A stretch of DNA of 54,743 nucleotides, taken from assembly GCA_049519675.1 (NCBI GenBank), contig JBEKQN010000001.1:1-54743 (forward strand). Direction: 5' to 3'. Positions 11,851-21,072 of the stretch are shown piece by piece. Origin of the DNA: Acidimicrobiales bacterium. Lineage in GTDB: Bacteria; Actinomycetota; Acidimicrobiia; Acidimicrobiales; RAAP-2. How positions within the stretch are numbered: position 1 is the stretch's first letter; each line of letters starts with the position of its first letter. The position numbers and the translations under genes are program-made. The notes below the pieces were generated by a model, which made no database searches, had not been told where the DNA came from, and saw only the letters and a program-made list of their open reading frames with translations.

Positions 11851-13140
11851 GTGTTTAAGCGCCTCGCCAATATCTTTCGGGTACCGGACCTTCGCAACAA
11901 GGTCCTGTTCACCGTTGGCATCATCTGCCTCTACCAGCTAGGGGCGAACCTGCCCATTCCTGGTGTGAGTTGGGCCCAGGTGCGCTTGCTGCAGTCCAAG
12001 GCCGGCGCCAGTGGCGCGCTCGGCTTTTTGAACCTCTTTTCCGGTGGTGCGCTGACGCGTCTCGCGGTCTTTGGACTCGGCATCATGCCCTACATCACGA
12101 GCACCATTGTCATCCAGTTGCTCACCACGGTCATCCCCAAGTTGACCGAGTGGCGCGACCAGGGCGCCGTGGGCCAAAAGAAGATCACCCAAACGACCCG
12201 TTACCTGACGATTGGCCTGGCGCTCTTGCAGTCAACCGGCCTCATCTACGCCTTCCACGGCCACGACCAGGCATTGCTCGGATTCAACATCAACCTGATT
12301 CCCAAGTTCAGCCTCTCGCTCGGACTCTTCATGGTCCTGATCATGACCGCGGGCACCGCGTTTGTCATGTGGCTCGCGGAACTCATCACTCAGCGCGGCA
12401 TTGGCCAGGGCATGAGTCTGTTGATCTTCGCCAACGTCGTGTCGAGCCTGCCCTCGGGCGGACGCGCGGTATGGGACGAGGGCGGACCGTTCAAGTTCCT
12501 CATCATCCTCATCATCTCCCTGGTGCTGCTCGTGCTCATTGTCTACGTCGACCAGGGCCAGCGACGAATCCCGGTGACCTTCGCGAGACGGGTGGTGGGG
12601 CGCAAGGAGATGGGCGGCAACTCCACGTACATCCCGCTCAAGGTCAACCAGTCCGGCGTGATCCCGATCATCTTTGCCTCTTCAGTGCTCTACATACCTA
12701 TCTTGATGTCCAACGTCGTGCCGTGGGTCAGTTTCCAGAACTTCGTGAATAACTCGCTGCACCCGACGAGCTTCTTCTATATCGTGGCCGACTTCGTCCT
12801 CATCTTCGCCTTCACGTTCTTCTACGTGTACATTGCCTTCGAGCCCCACCAGCAGGCCGAGCAGTTGCGCCAACAGGGTGGCTTCATCCCCGGCATTCGC
12901 CCGGGCATGCCGACGGAGAAGTATTTCGCCAAGACCCTCAGTCGCATCACGGTCGTGGGCGCCACCTTCCTGGCGTCGGTCGCGGTCGTGCCCAGCATCT
13001 TGATGGCGTTATGGAATATCAATAAATTCCCGTACTACGGCACCACCTTGCTCATCGCGGTCGGCGTGTCGCTCCAGACCATGCAACAGATCGATAGTCA
13101 ACTCATGATGCGCAACTACGAAGGCTTCTTGAAGAAGTAG
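11851..13140 (+). CDS. secY: Preprotein translocase subunit SecY
   Basis: Multiple TM segments; LGIMPYIT, GVIPIIFA, FIPGIRPG. Confidence 0.99.
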   Translation: MFKRLANIFRVPDLRNKVLFTVGIICLYQLGANLPIPGVSWAQVRLLQSKAGASGALGFLNLFSGGALTRLAVFGLGIMPYITSTIVIQLLTTVIPKLTEWRDQGAVGQKKITQTTRYLTIGLALLQSTGLIYAFHGHDQALLGFNINLIPKFSLSLGLFMVLIMTAGTAFVMWLAELITQRGIGQGMSLLIFANVVSSLPSGGRAVWDEGGPFKFLIILIISLVLLVLIVYVDQGQRRIPVTFARRVVGRKEMGGNSTYIPLKVNQSGVIPIIFASSVLYIPILMSNVVPWVSFQNFVNNSLHPTSFFYIVADFVLIFAFTFFYVYIAFEPHQQAEQLRQQGGFIPGIRPGMPTEKYFAKTLSRITVVGATFLASVAVVPSILMALWNINKFPYYGTTLLIAVGVSLQTMQQIDSQLMMRNYEGFLKK

Positions 13141-13142
13141 CG

Positions 13143-13802
13143 ATGCCCAATCGTCTGAATCTCATCATTTTGGGAAAGCAGGGCGCAGGCAAGGGAACGC
13201 AGTGCAATCGCCTCGCCGCGCACTACTCAATCCCACATGTCTCGACCGGTGACATACTTCGCGCGGCGATTCAGGCCGATTCGCCGCTCGGTCGTTCGGT
13301 GTCGGCAATCCTGGACGAAGGGTCGCTGGTTTCGGACGAGTTGGTTATCAAACTCGTTGAGGAACGGTTCAAAGAGCCCGACGCCGCGGGCGGCGCCCTG
13401 CTCGACGGCTTTCCGCGCACCATTGCCCAGGCCGAAGCGCTCGAGGACCTGTTGGGCGACGACGGCATCAAACTCTGTATTGACCTAGAGGTGTCGACCG
13501 AACTCGCAACGCAGCGCCTCTCCTCGCGCCGGGTCTGCCAGGAGTGCGGCTCGATCTATAACGAGACCGACGTCGAGGCGATTTCGGGGACCTGCTCTAA
13601 GTGTGGGGGAGACGTGATTCAGCGCGCCGACGACTATCCCGACGCGATTCGCAAGCGCCTGGAAACCTACGTGCGCGACACCGAGCCACTGCTCAACTTC
13701 TACAAGTCCCGCGGTCTGCTCGTGAGCGTCAACGGTGATCAGGGTCCCGACGACGTCACCGTCGCCATCCAGTCAGTGATCAGTCTGCGAGGTCTCGGTT
13801 GA
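13143..13802 (+). CDS. adk: Adenylate kinase (zinc-LID type)
   Basis: GKQGAGKGTQ, STGDILR, LDGFPRT, CQEC...CSKC LID. Confidence 0.97.
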   Translation: MPNRLNLIILGKQGAGKGTQCNRLAAHYSIPHVSTGDILRAAIQADSPLGRSVSAILDEGSLVSDELVIKLVEERFKEPDAAGGALLDGFPRTIAQAEALEDLLGDDGIKLCIDLEVSTELATQRLSSRRVCQECGSIYNETDVEAISGTCSKCGGDVIQRADDYPDAIRKRLETYVRDTEPLLNFYKSRGLLVSVNGDQGPDDVTVAIQSVISLRGLG

Positions 13803-14539
13803 GACGCTCCAAGGATGAACTGAGCAAGATGCGCAAGGCCGGCAAGGTGGTCGCCGAAATGCACGAGGCCACCCGCGCCGCGATCCGTCCGGGTGTTACC
13901 ACCATGGAGCTCAACGAAGTGGCGGCCGAGGTGCTCGCCAAGCGCGGGGCGAGGTCCAACTTTCTCAACTACCACGGCTTTCCGGCGGTCATCTGCACGA
14001 GCCCCAACGACATGATCGTTCACGGCATCCCCGGCGACTACCGGTTGAAGGAGGGCGACATCATCTCGGTCGACTGCGGGGCCATCATCGAGGGCTACCA
14101 CGGTGATGCGGCGTACACCGCCGGTGTCGGAGACGTCAGCGCCGCCGCGCAGAAACTCATGGACGTGACCGAGAGGTCGCTCTGGGCGGGGATTGACCAG
14201 CTCAGGATTGGTAATCGCCTGCACGAAGTTGGTCGGGCGGTCCAAACCGTCGCCGAGGCGGCCGGGTTTTCGGTCGTCCGCGAATACGTGGGTCACGCCA
14301 TTGGTACCGAGATGCACGAGAGTCCTCAGGTGCCGAACTACTGGCCCGGTTCTCCCGGTCCGACGCTCAAAGAGGGCATGGTCTTCGCGATCGAACCGAT
14401 GGTCAACGTCGGGTCGTACGAGACGTACGTGCTCGACGACGACTGGAGCGTCATGACGAGCGACGGCAAACTGTCGGCGCACTTCGAGCACACCATCGCC
14501 GTCACCGACAACGGTCCCGAGGTCTTTACCGTCGCCTGA
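13799..14539 (+). CDS. map: Methionine aminopeptidase type I
   Basis: VHGIP, DCG...HGDAA, VGHAIG...MHE, AIEPM, AHFEHT. Confidence 0.97.
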   Translation: MRRSKDELSKMRKAGKVVAEMHEATRAAIRPGVTTMELNEVAAEVLAKRGARSNFLNYHGFPAVICTSPNDMIVHGIPGDYRLKEGDIISVDCGAIIEGYHGDAAYTAGVGDVSAAAQKLMDVTERSLWAGIDQLRIGNRLHEVGRAVQTVAEAAGFSVVREYVGHAIGTEMHESPQVPNYWPGSPGPTLKEGMVFAIEPMVNVGSYETYVLDDDWSVMTSDGKLSAHFEHTIAVTDNGPEVFTVA

Positions 14540-14555
14540 CTCGATTGTGGGTTAG

Positions 14556-15200
14556 CTACTGCGGCGGGTGCGCGCGGTCGTGCTGGCGCTGGGCAAAGAG
14601 CGCCGCTTCGGTACGTCGCTGAAAGCCTAATTTTGCCAAGAGGTTCGACACGTAATTCTTGACGGTCTTTTCGGCGAGGAACATCTCGGCGGCGATCTCG
14701 CGATTGCTCAATCCTTCACTCAGCAGTTCCAAGATTCGCTGCTCCTGCGCACTCAGACTTTCGAGGCGGATGTCTTCGGCGACCTGACGGCGCAGTCGTT
14801 CGCGCGCTCGTTCAACCTGATCCGTGGTGAGCAACATCTCGCCGTTGGCCACACGGCGGATGGCATTGACGAGATCGTCGCCCCGCACGTTCTTCAAGAC
14901 ATAGCCGCGAGCGCCCGCGAGCACTGACGCACTGATCGCTTCGTTGTCGGGAAATGAGGTCAGCATGAGACAGGCGAGATCGGGGCGAGACTCGCGTAGC
15001 GAGCGACAGAGGTCGACGCCGTTGCCGTCGGGCAGACGCACGTCGAGCACCGCGACGTCAACGGGATCCAGATCAATCGTGAGCGCCTCTTCAAGAGAGC
15101 CGGCCTGCGCGACGACTTGCAGATCCTCCTGGGAACCGAGCAACTCGCTCAGCCCACGGCGAACAATTTCGTGGTCGTCCACGAGCAGCAGGCGAATCAT
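14556..15200 (-). CDS. devR: DevR/DosR-like NarL/LuxR-family response regulator
   Basis: MIRLLLVDDHEIVRRG receiver, phosphoacceptor VLDVRLPDG, HTH LSNREIAAEMFLAEKTVKNYVSNLLAKLG closely resembling DevR. Confidence 0.88.
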   Translation of the reverse strand: MIRLLLVDDHEIVRRGLSELLGSQEDLQVVAQAGSLEEALTIDLDPVDVAVLDVRLPDGNGVDLCRSLRESRPDLACLMLTSFPDNEAISASVLAGARGYVLKNVRGDDLVNAIRRVANGEMLLTTDQVERARERLRRQVAEDIRLESLSAQEQRILELLSEGLSNREIAAEMFLAEKTVKNYVSNLLAKLGFQRRTEAALFAQRQHDRAHPPQ

Positions 15201-15201
15201 C

Positions 15202-16344
15202 TCAGTTCGACAGCTTTGCGGTCCACCGGACCATTGTGCCACGTTGCGGCGTCGAGTCGATCACACAGTCTCCTCCAAGTTCTCGCGCGCGCGACGTGAG
15301 GTTGCGCACCCCGCGTCCTGGACCCACGGGAAAAGAAAAACCCTTGCCGTTGTCGGACACGGTCAGGACAATCATTTTCTCTTCGCCGTCCACGTCCACG
15401 TCGACGCTCACTTCGGTGGCGTGAGAGTGACGCACGATGTTGGAGAGAATTTCGCGCAGTGCCTGCACCGCGTTTCGAGTACAGGCGCTGTCGGCGAGCG
15501 CGTCGACCGTGGGCGACACGCGTAGTTTGACGTCCAGGTTCAGTCGCGCTCCAACCTCGTCGGTGAGTGCGCTCACTCGATTCAACAATGACGTGCCATT
15601 CAATTCGTCCTGATCGATTTCGAAGATCGTGGTTCGTATCTCGCGGATCGTCGTGTCCAATTCGTTGATGCAATTATTGATACGAGTCTGTGTTGGTTCA
15701 TCCAACGGCGCCATGAGGGTGAGTTGCAACGAAAGTCCAACACCGAAGAGTCGCTGAATGACGGTGTCATGGAGGTCGCGGGCCATTCGTTCGCGCTCCT
15801 CACTGAGGGTGAACTCACGCAGGTGCGCGCGCAGTGTGACTTGCTCGATTACGAGGCCGGCCGCGCGGCCGAAAGAGTCGATGAGTTGTTCGTCCTCTTC
15901 ATTGAATGGTTCACCGTCCACGCGGTCGGTGAGATAGAGATTCCCGTACACGTGGCCGTCGCTGGTGCGCACCGGCACTCCGAGAAAGCGCCGCATCGGT
16001 GGATGGTTGGCGGGAAAGCCCACGGAGTGAGGGTGGGTCGACAGATCCTCAAGGCGCAATGGTTCGGGGAATTGGATGAGCTCGCCGAGCAGACCGCGAC
16101 CGTGGGGCAACTCGCCGATTTTCGCACGGGTCTCATCGTCAATGCCGTACGTGATGAACTGGGACAGCGTCTGGCCGTCATTGGTGACCACGCCCAACGC
16201 GCCGTATCGAGCTCCTACGAGGCGGCTTGCCGTTTCGACAATCGCGCGCAGCAAGTCGCTCAGGTTCGCGTCGGTCTCGATGAGCAACATCGCGTCGATG
16301 AGGGCATGCAATCGCTGCGGGTCGTTAACTCGATGAAATGCCAT
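15202..16344 (-). CDS. DevS/DosS-like GAF-domain sensor histidine kinase (single GAF)
   Basis: GAF with ARYGALGV, GFPANHPPMRRFLGVP, GNLYLTDR; HisKA_3 ARDLHDTVIQRLF; HATPase DNGKGF...GRGVRN. Confidence 0.9.
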   Translation of the reverse strand: MAFHRVNDPQRLHALIDAMLLIETDANLSDLLRAIVETASRLVGARYGALGVVTNDGQTLSQFITYGIDDETRAKIGELPHGRGLLGELIQFPEPLRLEDLSTHPHSVGFPANHPPMRRFLGVPVRTSDGHVYGNLYLTDRVDGEPFNEEDEQLIDSFGRAAGLVIEQVTLRAHLREFTLSEERERMARDLHDTVIQRLFGVGLSLQLTLMAPLDEPTQTRINNCINELDTTIREIRTTIFEIDQDELNGTSLLNRVSALTDEVGARLNLDVKLRVSPTVDALADSACTRNAVQALREILSNIVRHSHATEVSVDVDVDGEEKMIVLTVSDNGKGFSFPVGPGRGVRNLTSRARELGGDCVIDSTPQRGTMVRWTAKLSN

Positions 16345-16384
16345 ATTCTCAAGCCTGTCACAGCGAGGGTGAGGTGTAAATCGA

Positions 16385-16780
16385 TTAGGCGATGCGCTCG
16401 CCGACGACGACCGACAGCGGCACAGAAATGACCGTGGCGCCACGTGAAATGGCGCCGCGCATGACGTCGGGCAGGTCTCCAGCGGTGTCGGCCGCGCTGG
16501 CCAGACCCGAAGCCATGACCGACCAGGTCGTTCCGTCAGCCTCTAGACCGTCAATTTGGACGGAGAGGACATCGCCACGTTGGGCGGCCAGAATCACGGA
16601 GGCTTCGGTGCTCGCCACCAGGAGGTGCTGGTCGTCGGGCACGCAAATCCGCGCGGGCAACGCCGCGGGCAGGCAGCGGACCGATGTCACGACGCGGGCC
16701 AGGGAGGCCAGGGTGAGCAAGTCCAGGCACGCCGAGCGCGAGAGCTTCGCGCGCTGTACCGAATACTCCTGGTCGCCCAT
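16385..16780 (-). CDS. Pyridoxamine 5'-phosphate oxidase-like FMN-binding split-barrel protein (DosR-regulon type)
   Basis: LSRSACLDLL...ARV, then VLSVQIDG...TWSVMASG and C-terminal VVGER, the pattern of Pyridox_ox_2 proteins; divergent. Confidence 0.7.
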   Translation of the reverse strand: MGDQEYSVQRAKLSRSACLDLLTLASLARVVTSVRCLPAALPARICVPDDQHLLVASTEASVILAAQRGDVLSVQIDGLEADGTTWSVMASGLASAADTAGDLPDVMRGAISRGATVISVPLSVVVGERIA

Positions 16781-16813
16781 GACCCAAGCATGAACCCATT
16801 TCGCCACGGTCTC

Positions 16814-16833
16814 ATAGGGTCCGCAGTCACTTT
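16814..16833. promoter_or_regulatory. Putative DevR/DosR box
   Basis: ATAGGGTCCGCAGTCACTTT resembles the TTSGGGACTWWAGTCCCSAA consensus; centred ~43.5 bp upstream of the 16780 ATG, which has a CATGCT -10 six nt upstream. Confidence 0.6.
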
Positions 16834-16889
16834 GTTGACTAACCGGTAGACTGGATTGTCGACGGTACCGTTCTTCGAAAAAGCCGAAT

Positions 16890-16918
16890 TTTGCGTTTTC
16901 TAAGAATTTCGGTAGAAT
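16890..16918 (+). promoter_or_regulatory. Sigma-A-type promoter for infA/alpha operon
   Basis: TTTGCG/TTGCGT at 16890-16896, then TAGAAT at 16913-16918. Confidence 0.55.
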
Positions 16919-17009
16919 AGTCGGCCGACCTTTTCGAAACCGGGGAGGTCCATCCGTGGAGGAGTTGTTGGTCCATCACGTCCCGCAGTGCGTAACAAGG
17001 AGAGAGAAC

Positions 17010-17234
17010 CTGAGCAAGCCAAAGGAAGACGCGTTCACCGTTGAGGGAACCGTCGTCGAGCCACTTCCCAACGCCATGTTTCGCGTGGAGTTAGAGAACG
17101 GTTATACCGTCCTCGCCCACAGTTCGGGAAAGATGCGCATGCACCGCATTCGCATTCTTCCCGGTGACAAGGTCCAGGTGGAGATCACGCCCTACGACAT
17201 GACTCGCGGTCGCATCACCTATCGCTACAAATAG
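17010..17234 (+). CDS. infA: Translation initiation factor IF-1 (probable CTG start)
   Basis: [39 protein letters not shown]; AAGGAG SD 7 nt before CTG 17010; alternative in-frame GTG at 16956. Confidence 0.93.
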   Translation: MSKPKEDAFTVEGTVVEPLPNAMFRVELENGYTVLAHSSGKMRMHRIRILPGDKVQVEITPYDMTRGRITYRYK

Positions 17235-17267
17235 CTCAAGTTCCATCAAGGTCGAGAAAGCAGAAAC

Positions 17268-17384
17268 ATGAAGGTCCGCGCGAGCGTAAAACCAATTTGT
17301 GAGAAGTGCAAAGTCATTAGACGGGCCGGTACGGTCCGCGTGATCTGTGGCGGTAACCCGCGCCACAAGCAGCGTCAGGGTTAG
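17268..17384 (+). CDS. rpmJ: 50S ribosomal protein L36 (not in ORF track)
   Basis: Manual translation [38 protein letters not shown]; zinc-binding form. Confidence 0.98.
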   Translation: MKVRASVKPICEKCKVIRRAGTVRVICGGNPRHKQRQG

Positions 17385-17393
17385 GGGCAAAGA

Positions 17394-17771
17394 ATGGCTC
17401 GTATTGCCGGAGTAGACATCCCGCGCGAGAAGCGCACGGTGATCGCGCTCACGTACATCTTTGGCGTTGGCACCACCATCGCCGAGCAAGTTTGCGAAGC
17501 AACGGGCATCGACCCGTCCACCCGCGTCAAGGACCTCACTGAGGCTGACGTGAACAAGCTTCGCGCCTACATTGACCAGAACGTCACCGTTGAAGGTGAC
17601 CTGCGTCGTGACGTGGCCCAAGATATCAAGCGCAAGATGGAAATCAACTGCTTGCAGGGGATCCGCCACCGCAAGGGCTTGCCGGTTCGCGGACAACGCA
17701 CGCGTACCAACGCGCGGACCCGCAAGGGACCCAAGCGCACTGTCGCGGGTAAGAAGAAGGTTACGAAGTAA
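17394..17771 (+). CDS. rpsM: 30S ribosomal protein S13
   Basis: [33 protein letters not shown]. Confidence 0.99.
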   Translation: MARIAGVDIPREKRTVIALTYIFGVGTTIAEQVCEATGIDPSTRVKDLTEADVNKLRAYIDQNVTVEGDLRRDVAQDIKRKMEINCLQGIRHRKGLPVRGQRTRTNARTRKGPKRTVAGKKKVTK

Positions 17772-18166
17772 TGGCTAAGCCCACCACGGTCCGCAAGGGC
17801 CGTCGCAAGGAACGCAAGAACATCGCATTTGGTGTCGCGCACATCAAGAGCTCTTTTAACAACACCATCGTCTCGATTACCGACCCTGAGGGCAACGTGC
17901 TCGCGTGGGCGTCGTCGGGCAATGTTGGATTCAAGGGATCGCGCAAGTCAACCCCCTTCGCCGCCCAGCTGGCCGCGGAGAAGTGCGCGCGCGCCGCGAT
18001 GGAACACGGCGTGAAGAAAGTCGACGTACTCGTACGCGGTCCCGGCTCCGGCCGCGAAACCGCGATCCGTTCCCTTGCCGCCGCGGGTATTGAAGTGGTC
18101 GCGATCAAGGACGTCACCCCACTACCCCATAACGGCTGTCGCCCTAAAAAGCGCCGTCGAGGCTAA
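17771..18166 (+). CDS. rpsK: 30S ribosomal protein S11
   Basis: [26 protein letters not shown]. Confidence 0.99.
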   Translation: MAKPTTVRKGRRKERKNIAFGVAHIKSSFNNTIVSITDPEGNVLAWASSGNVGFKGSRKSTPFAAQLAAEKCARAAMEHGVKKVDVLVRGPGSGRETAIRSLAAAGIEVVAIKDVTPLPHNGCRPKKRRRG

Positions 18167-18174
18167 GGAAGAAA

Positions 18175-18819
18175 ATGGCTCGTTATACCGGACCCGTGTG
18201 CCGACTCTGTCGACGTGAGCGCACCAAGTTGTACTTAAAGGGTGAGCGCTGCTTCACCATGAAGTGTCCCGTCGCGGAGAACTCGGACCGCCAGACTCGT
18301 GCCTTCCCGCCGGGCATGCACGGTCGTGACCGTCAGCGTCAGGGCTCGGAGTACTTGACCCAGCTACGCGAGAAGCAGAAGGCCCGCCGCATTTACGGGC
18401 TCTTAGAAAAGCAGTTCCGCAATCTGTACGAAGAGGCGAACCGTCGCCCCGGCATCACCGGCACGAACCTCTTGCAGTTCCTCGAATTGCGCCTCGACAA
18501 CGTGGCCTACCGTGCCGGATGGGGCGCCTCGCGTGCCCAAGCCCGCCAGTTCGTGCGCCACGGCCACGTCACCATCAACGGCAAGCGCGTCACCATCCCT
18601 TCGTACCGTGCCCGTCCCGGTGAAGTGGTGGCCTTGAAGAACGTGACTCGTGAGAACTTCAACGTCAAGCGCAACCTTGACATCCTGGACCGCTCGGTCC
18701 CGGGCTGGCTCGAAGTCGCAGAGAACGGTTTCGCGGTCACCGTGCGCGTGGTTCCCCAGCGCGAACAGATCGACGAGTCGATTAAAGAACAGCTCATCGT
18801 TGAGCTGTACTCCAAATAA
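18175..18819 (+). CDS. rpsD: 30S ribosomal protein S4
   Basis: MARYTGPVCRLCRRE, QLREKQK, LELRLDN, IVELYSK. Confidence 0.98.
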   Translation: MARYTGPVCRLCRRERTKLYLKGERCFTMKCPVAENSDRQTRAFPPGMHGRDRQRQGSEYLTQLREKQKARRIYGLLEKQFRNLYEEANRRPGITGTNLLQFLELRLDNVAYRAGWGASRAQARQFVRHGHVTINGKRVTIPSYRARPGEVVALKNVTRENFNVKRNLDILDRSVPGWLEVAENGFAVTVRVVPQREQIDESIKEQLIVELYSK

Positions 18820-18850
18820 CTGAACGACCATAAAGACTTAAGGAGTCCCT

Positions 18851-19792
18851 ATGTTGATTATCCAACGACCTACCATCGAAGCGCTGGGCGACGAGCTGAA
18901 CAATCGTCAGTCCTTCGGCATCGGACCGCTCGACCCCGGATTCGGTCACACGCTGGGCAACTCGCTGCGCCGCACGCTGCTGTCGTCGATTCCCGGCGCC
19001 GCCGCGACGCGCGTCAAGTTTGACGCCGTGCTCCACGAGTTCGGCGTCATTGAGGGCGTGAAGGAAGACGTCCAGGACATCTGTCTTAACTTGAAGGACC
19101 TGCTGCTCATCGTGCACTCCGACGAGCCCGTGACGTTGCGTCTTGACAAGCGCAGTGAGGGTCCCGCCACCGCGGCCGACCTGTCGACCACGGCCGACGT
19201 CGAGATCTTGAACGCCGACCTGCACCTCGCCTACTTGACGAACCCGCGCAGCGTGCTCAGCTTCGAGCTGACCGTCGAGCGCGGCAAGGGATACGTCGGG
19301 GCCGAAGGCAACAAGGGCTCGTCGACGATCGGTGTCATTCCGCTCGACGCCATCTTCACTCCCGTGCGCCGCGTCAGTTTCGAGATTGAGCCGGTCCGTG
19401 TCGAGCAGTCCAAGGACTTCGACCGTCTGGTCATCGACATCGAGACCGACGGATCCATCAGTCCGCGTGAGGCACTGGCCTCCGCCGGTAAGACCCTGGG
19501 CTCCCTCGTAGGGCTCATTGGCAACTTCGACGACGAGGCTCCGGCCTTGGAGTTGGGTGACGTGGGTTCGGCCCAGGCCGCCGCCAGCGAACTCGACATC
19601 CGCATCGAAGAGTTGGGACTCACCGAGCGCTCACGCAACTGCCTGAAGCGCGCCGGCATCAACACCATTGCCCAGCTCGTCAACGCGACCGAGCGCGACC
19701 TCACGTCGATCACCAACTTCGGCGCCACGTCGCTGAAAGACGTCAACGACCGCCTCGAAGAGCGCGGTCTCTCGCTGCGAATCGAGGACTAG
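18851..19792 (+). CDS. rpoA: RNA polymerase alpha subunit
   Basis: [27 protein letters not shown], alpha-[14 protein letters not shown]. Confidence 0.99.
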   Translation: MLIIQRPTIEALGDELNNRQSFGIGPLDPGFGHTLGNSLRRTLLSSIPGAAATRVKFDAVLHEFGVIEGVKEDVQDICLNLKDLLLIVHSDEPVTLRLDKRSEGPATAADLSTTADVEILNADLHLAYLTNPRSVLSFELTVERGKGYVGAEGNKGSSTIGVIPLDAIFTPVRRVSFEIEPVRVEQSKDFDRLVIDIETDGSISPREALASAGKTLGSLVGLIGNFDDEAPALELGDVGSAQAAASELDIRIEELGLTERSRNCLKRAGINTIAQLVNATERDLTSITNFGATSLKDVNDRLEERGLSLRIED

Positions 19793-19794
19793 TC

Positions 19795-20157
19795 ATGCGC
19801 GGTACCCCAACCAAGGGCAAGCGATTTGGTGGCAGTAGCGCGCACCAGAAGGCCATGATGGGCAACCTCGTGGCGTCGATGATCGCGGCCGAGTCCATCG
19901 TGACGACCGAAGCCAAGGCCAAGGCCCTGCGACCGATTGTCGAAAAGGTGGTCACCGCGGCGAAGAACTCTCCCGAGGGTTCCGTGCACGCCCAGCGTCG
20001 CGTCGTGGCCTTCATTCGTGACAAGGACATGACGCACAAGCTCTTTGCCGAGATTGCCCCGCGCTACACCGACCGTCCCGGCGGCTACACGCGCATCCTG
20101 AAACTCGGGCCGCGCCAGGGCGACAACGCTCCGATGGCGCGCATTGAGTTCGTTTGA
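19795..20157 (+). CDS. rplQ: 50S ribosomal protein L17
   Basis: [24 protein letters not shown]. Confidence 0.98.
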   Translation: MRGTPTKGKRFGGSSAHQKAMMGNLVASMIAAESIVTTEAKAKALRPIVEKVVTAAKNSPEGSVHAQRRVVAFIRDKDMTHKLFAEIAPRYTDRPGGYTRILKLGPRQGDNAPMARIEFV

Positions 20158-21013
20158 TCGTTCGCTCGGCGCCACCCAACGGTGGCGACTTGACGTTGCC
20201 TATGACGGCAACGGTCTGAGCGGTTTTGCCTATCAGCCCGAGACGATCACCGTCGTGGGGCTGCTGCGCGAGACGCTGGCGCGGACGTTGCGCCTCAATG
20301 AAGAGCCCGAGGTGGTCGGAGCGGGCCGTACCGACGCCGGTGTCCACGCCTTCGCCCAGGTGGTGCACGTGGACCTGCCGACGGTGTTCTTTGAGAACGA
20401 TCGAGGACCCGAGGTCGGCCGACTGCTGTATTCGCTCAATAAGCAGCTCTCAGGACGCATTCGCATTCTCAAGGCCCAGCCGGTCAGTGACGAGTTTCAC
20501 GCCCGTTACTCGGCGACCTGGCGCGCCTACCGCTACCTGGTGCTCGAAGACCTGCCGCCGGCACTCAATGTCACCAGCGCCTGGTCCTGGACCGTACCCG
20601 GACCGATTGACATCGACGCCATGAACCGCTGCGGGGCCGACATCCTCGGTACCCACGACTTTCGCGCCTTCTGTCGGCGTCCCACGAACTCCACGACGAG
20701 CGAACCACTGCTGCGCGAAGTGCTCGACGTTCACTGGCATCGCGTTGATGACGAGTGGGGCCTCACCCCCACGGGGTCGCCGGCGCTGCGCCTGTCAATC
20801 AGGGCCCGGTCTTTCTGTCACACCATGGTCCGCAGCCTGGTGTCAACGATGGTCGCGGTTGGTCAGGGAACGCTGGACGAAAACACCGTTAGAGGCCGCC
20901 TGGAGAGCCTGGAGCGCGACCATTTGCCGGCACCGGCGCCACCCGGGGGATTGGCGCTCATCGGGGTCGGATACGAAGAATTTGCTGGAGGGCCCTCAGG
21001 TTTTGTAAGGTAG
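20144..21013 (+). CDS. truA: tRNA pseudouridine(38-40) synthase (start approximate)
   Basis: [34 protein letters not shown]. Confidence 0.95.
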   Translation: MSSFDRSLGATQRWRLDVAYDGNGLSGFAYQPETITVVGLLRETLARTLRLNEEPEVVGAGRTDAGVHAFAQVVHVDLPTVFFENDRGPEVGRLLYSLNKQLSGRIRILKAQPVSDEFHARYSATWRAYRYLVLEDLPPALNVTSAWSWTVPGPIDIDAMNRCGADILGTHDFRAFCRRPTNSTTSEPLLREVLDVHWHRVDDEWGLTPTGSPALRLSIRARSFCHTMVRSLVSTMVAVGQGTLDENTVRGRLESLERDHLPAPAPPGGLALIGVGYEEFAGGPSGFVR

Positions 21014-21051
21014 AGAGTCCCTTAGTAGTCATCTGGCGATGACGGAACTAA
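20982..21051 (+). promoter_or_regulatory. Putative rplM promoter and leader hairpin
   Basis: TTGCTG-N18-TAAGGT; hairpin TTAGT-A-GTCATC-TGGC-GATGAC-GGA-ACTAA at 21022-21051. Confidence 0.4.
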
Positions 21052-21072
21052 AGAAACGCTGAAGGAAGAGTT

